A stretch of 64,000 nucleotides of DNA. Origin: Octopus vulgaris. Taxonomy: Eukaryota. The position numbers and the translations under genes were made by a program. The notes beneath the pieces are model-generated. The model was not told the origin of the DNA and ran no database searches. It was given only the letters and a program-made list of their open reading frames with translations. The stretch lies in assembly GCA_951406725.2 (NCBI GenBank), contig OX597826.1:83266001-83330000 (forward strand). The letters are read 5' to 3'. How positions within the stretch are numbered: the stretch's first letter is position 1; every line of letters starts with the position of its first letter. Shown one piece after another: positions 61,173 through 64,000 of the stretch.

Positions 61173-61817
61173 CTCGAACGACCATTTTGTCAAGATTTCG
61201 GCGTTCCATGAATATATACTTTTTATATGATCTTCTGCAGTTTCTTCTGCTTGTCCATGGTTTGATTATATGCCAATTACATTTCCAATCTTCTGCAGAC
61301 CAGAGAACGTAGACACATTAATAATGGTTATATTGTGAAAGACATCCAATGATTTTTTTTCTATCCAACTATATTCTTATTCTTTCCTCTATGAAATACC
61401 CAATAGTAAATACACTTGCATTTGCAGGAAATCTTGGATAATGGAACGCCTGCAGACGATGCCCATGATAAATTCGGTTTCCATAAGACTCCCTTAACTA
61501 CAGAACTGTTTAAAACGAACTTCAACCTCAAACTCGTAAAAATTATCTAATCCTAGTAACCATTCGGACCAATAGAAATTCATATGTATACATATCTGTG
61601 TGTGTGTGTGTGTTTCTCTGTGGGGTGGGGGTGAGCCATAAAAATGGCGAAACATCGATGTTCATCGTTCCTTAATGGGGTTTGGGGCGAGTTGTTTCGC
61701 TTATCCATGAACATTCAGATGTTTTAACACCCGACATTTTGAGGGAATAATCCCCACTGCGCCATCGCATCCTACTAGCTTACAATCAGTATGTATTGAG
61801 CATGCGTGTTCAATAAT

Positions 61818-61860
<43 letters not shown>

Positions 61861-61863
61861 GGC

Positions 61864-61936
<73 letters not shown>

Positions 61937-61937
61937 C

Positions 61938-61976
<39 letters not shown>

Positions 61977-62516
61977 TGCACACGCACACATTGTTTTTAC
62001 TGGACAATTTTTTTCCTAACCCCGGGTCAACTCTGATCACACAGACTTATGATCTATCATTTTCCTTCCTGCAGGAAACGAGGTGTACATAATCCAGTTT
62101 GATCTTTTCTAAAACAACGGGGGTTGTACTTTGGTGGAGATTTGGTTGCTATTTCTAACAGCTTAAGCGACTACGTAAAGGCCTCCTTGTTAGAGCTGAA
62201 CTACGGCGTTTGGTGAGGTTTTTGCTTCGGTAAAGATGAAAGCAATGCCTTTTGACCACTGCAATTATTCTATCGCATTGACAGGAACCATTTCCGGCAG
62301 CCAACAGGCAAATAGTATTTCTACAGACAAATGGTGACGAATAACCATATTTTTGATTCCTGCTTCAAATGAGGTCTCAATTTTCCTGTCATTCGGAAAG
62401 TCAATGAATACAGGAAATATAGTAACCTTATTTATTTATTTCAACATTCATTTGTCGTATCATTTTCCCCATTCCTAGAGCCAGCCCTAATCTAGTATAC
62501 AGAGAGACAGACAAGC

Positions 62517-62647
<131 letters not shown>

Positions 62648-62688
62648 CATGTTTTTCTTGATGTAAACCCTTGCAGTTAATAAAGAAA

Positions 62689-62741
<53 letters not shown>

Positions 62742-64000
62742 GTTGTTGTTGTTGTTGTCGTTGTTTATTTTTAATCTGCATGTTTGTTACAGTCACTTGC
62801 CGAGGCACACCCGGCGTCCAGGGTCAAGTGAAGGATAAGAGATGTTACGGTGTGGCTTAAAGCTTGGGGCAGAAGCGAAATGTAATGCAACACATTTAAA
62901 TTGGTAGGTTTGTTCTTATTAACTAAGTTTCAGTTTATATTCTGCCAAGGTCGACTTTACCTTTCATCCTTTCGGGATCGATAAAATAAGGACCAATTGA
63001 ATACTGGTGCATCTCCTCCCTCAAAATTGCTGTCCTTGTGGCAAAATTTGAAACCATTATTTTACTAAGGCATAATGATACTAATAACCCAGTATTAGAT
63101 TTCAATGGACATATGCTCTTCAGAACCCAGCGTCAGTCGAGTAATGAACAGAAACAAGAAATTAAATAAATGATAAGAGAATCAGAAATGATGTCATGAA
63201 CTCCAACAACGAATGCATTGCATATGATAGCAGAAACAGCTGTTAGCTAATGAAGTGCATTGCATTATTTCTTATTCCCATGTCATGTCTTTAACTTCTT
63301 GTGTGCCTGCGTGTGTACGTGTGTGTGTGTGTGTGCGTGTGTGTGTGTGTGCGCGCGCGTGTGCGTGTATATGTGTGTGTGCGAATTATTATATCATACT
63401 GTGTCTGATTACGTCGCTTCACATATTATATGTTGAAACCCTGCTTTTGAAGTGGAAAAATTGCTATAGTAACCTCTTGGAATGCAGGGCTTATCGCTGT
63501 GTTAGAAATCCTTATTCGAGACAAAACGATGGATGAGCAAAATGTTTGTTGCGACTCTTTACGTACTGAGTTCAAATTCCGCTAAGTTCAAATTTGCCTT
63601 TAATCTTTCCAGGGTCGTTAAAATAAAGCACACTCCTTGCTTCCTTCTTTCTTTTCAACATTGTTTTGTAATTCGCCATGCACATTACAAGTGACTAAGC
63701 ACTACAACAATTATAAACACACACACACACACATATAATACAAAGAAAGAGGCTTTATTATTTGGCTTCCCACGAGCTTCAAGGAAGAAACACATAATGC
63801 ATTTTTCATTAGCATCTAACAGTAATTTAACTTTTCCTTCCATAAATTATGATGACAACACCACACATTATCTCCGCGACACTCCACAAGTAAATCTCAC
63901 AACATCAAATATTTTAAACGCATTTTACTTTATGTCTTTAAGTACATTTTAAAGGTGGAATGCTAGTTGTGTGTGTGTGTGTGTGTGTGTGTGACTTAAA

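Overview
Eukaryotic, AT-rich, extremely microsatellite-rich, largely non-coding DNA. The repeat content (several abundant tRNA-derived SINE families, R4/Dong-, RTE-, CR1- and Penelope-type retroelement debris) points to an invertebrate, most likely an octopus or other coleoid cephalopod; this is inference from recalled repeat families. I can support no intact host protein-coding gene, and most track ORFs are microsatellite artefacts. Recognisable coding relics are all mobile: a CR1 LINE (16.4-18.3 kb), an RTE LINE 3' end with a 7-bp TSD (13.2-13.8 kb), three R4/Dong-type fragments, a full-length decayed mariner with TIRs (29.4-30.7 kb), a deleted DD37D-type Tc1/mariner, a Chapaev3-like transposase fragment, Penelope-like RT fragments and probable Helitron derivatives. 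The most interesting signals are: (1) about nine minimal type-I hammerhead-ribozyme-like motifs from several Penelope-like terminal families, including an inverted pair whose copies imply a non-canonical CCGAYGA core; (2) a well-formed minus-strand CRE-TATA-Inr-short exon-GTAAG promoter at about 29.0 kb just downstream of the mariner; (3) a diverged ~3.6-3.7 kb tandem duplication (51.3-57.2 kb) carrying a TATA promoter and a signal-peptide-like mini-ORF whose ATG is lost in the second copy. All alignments and folds were done by eye.
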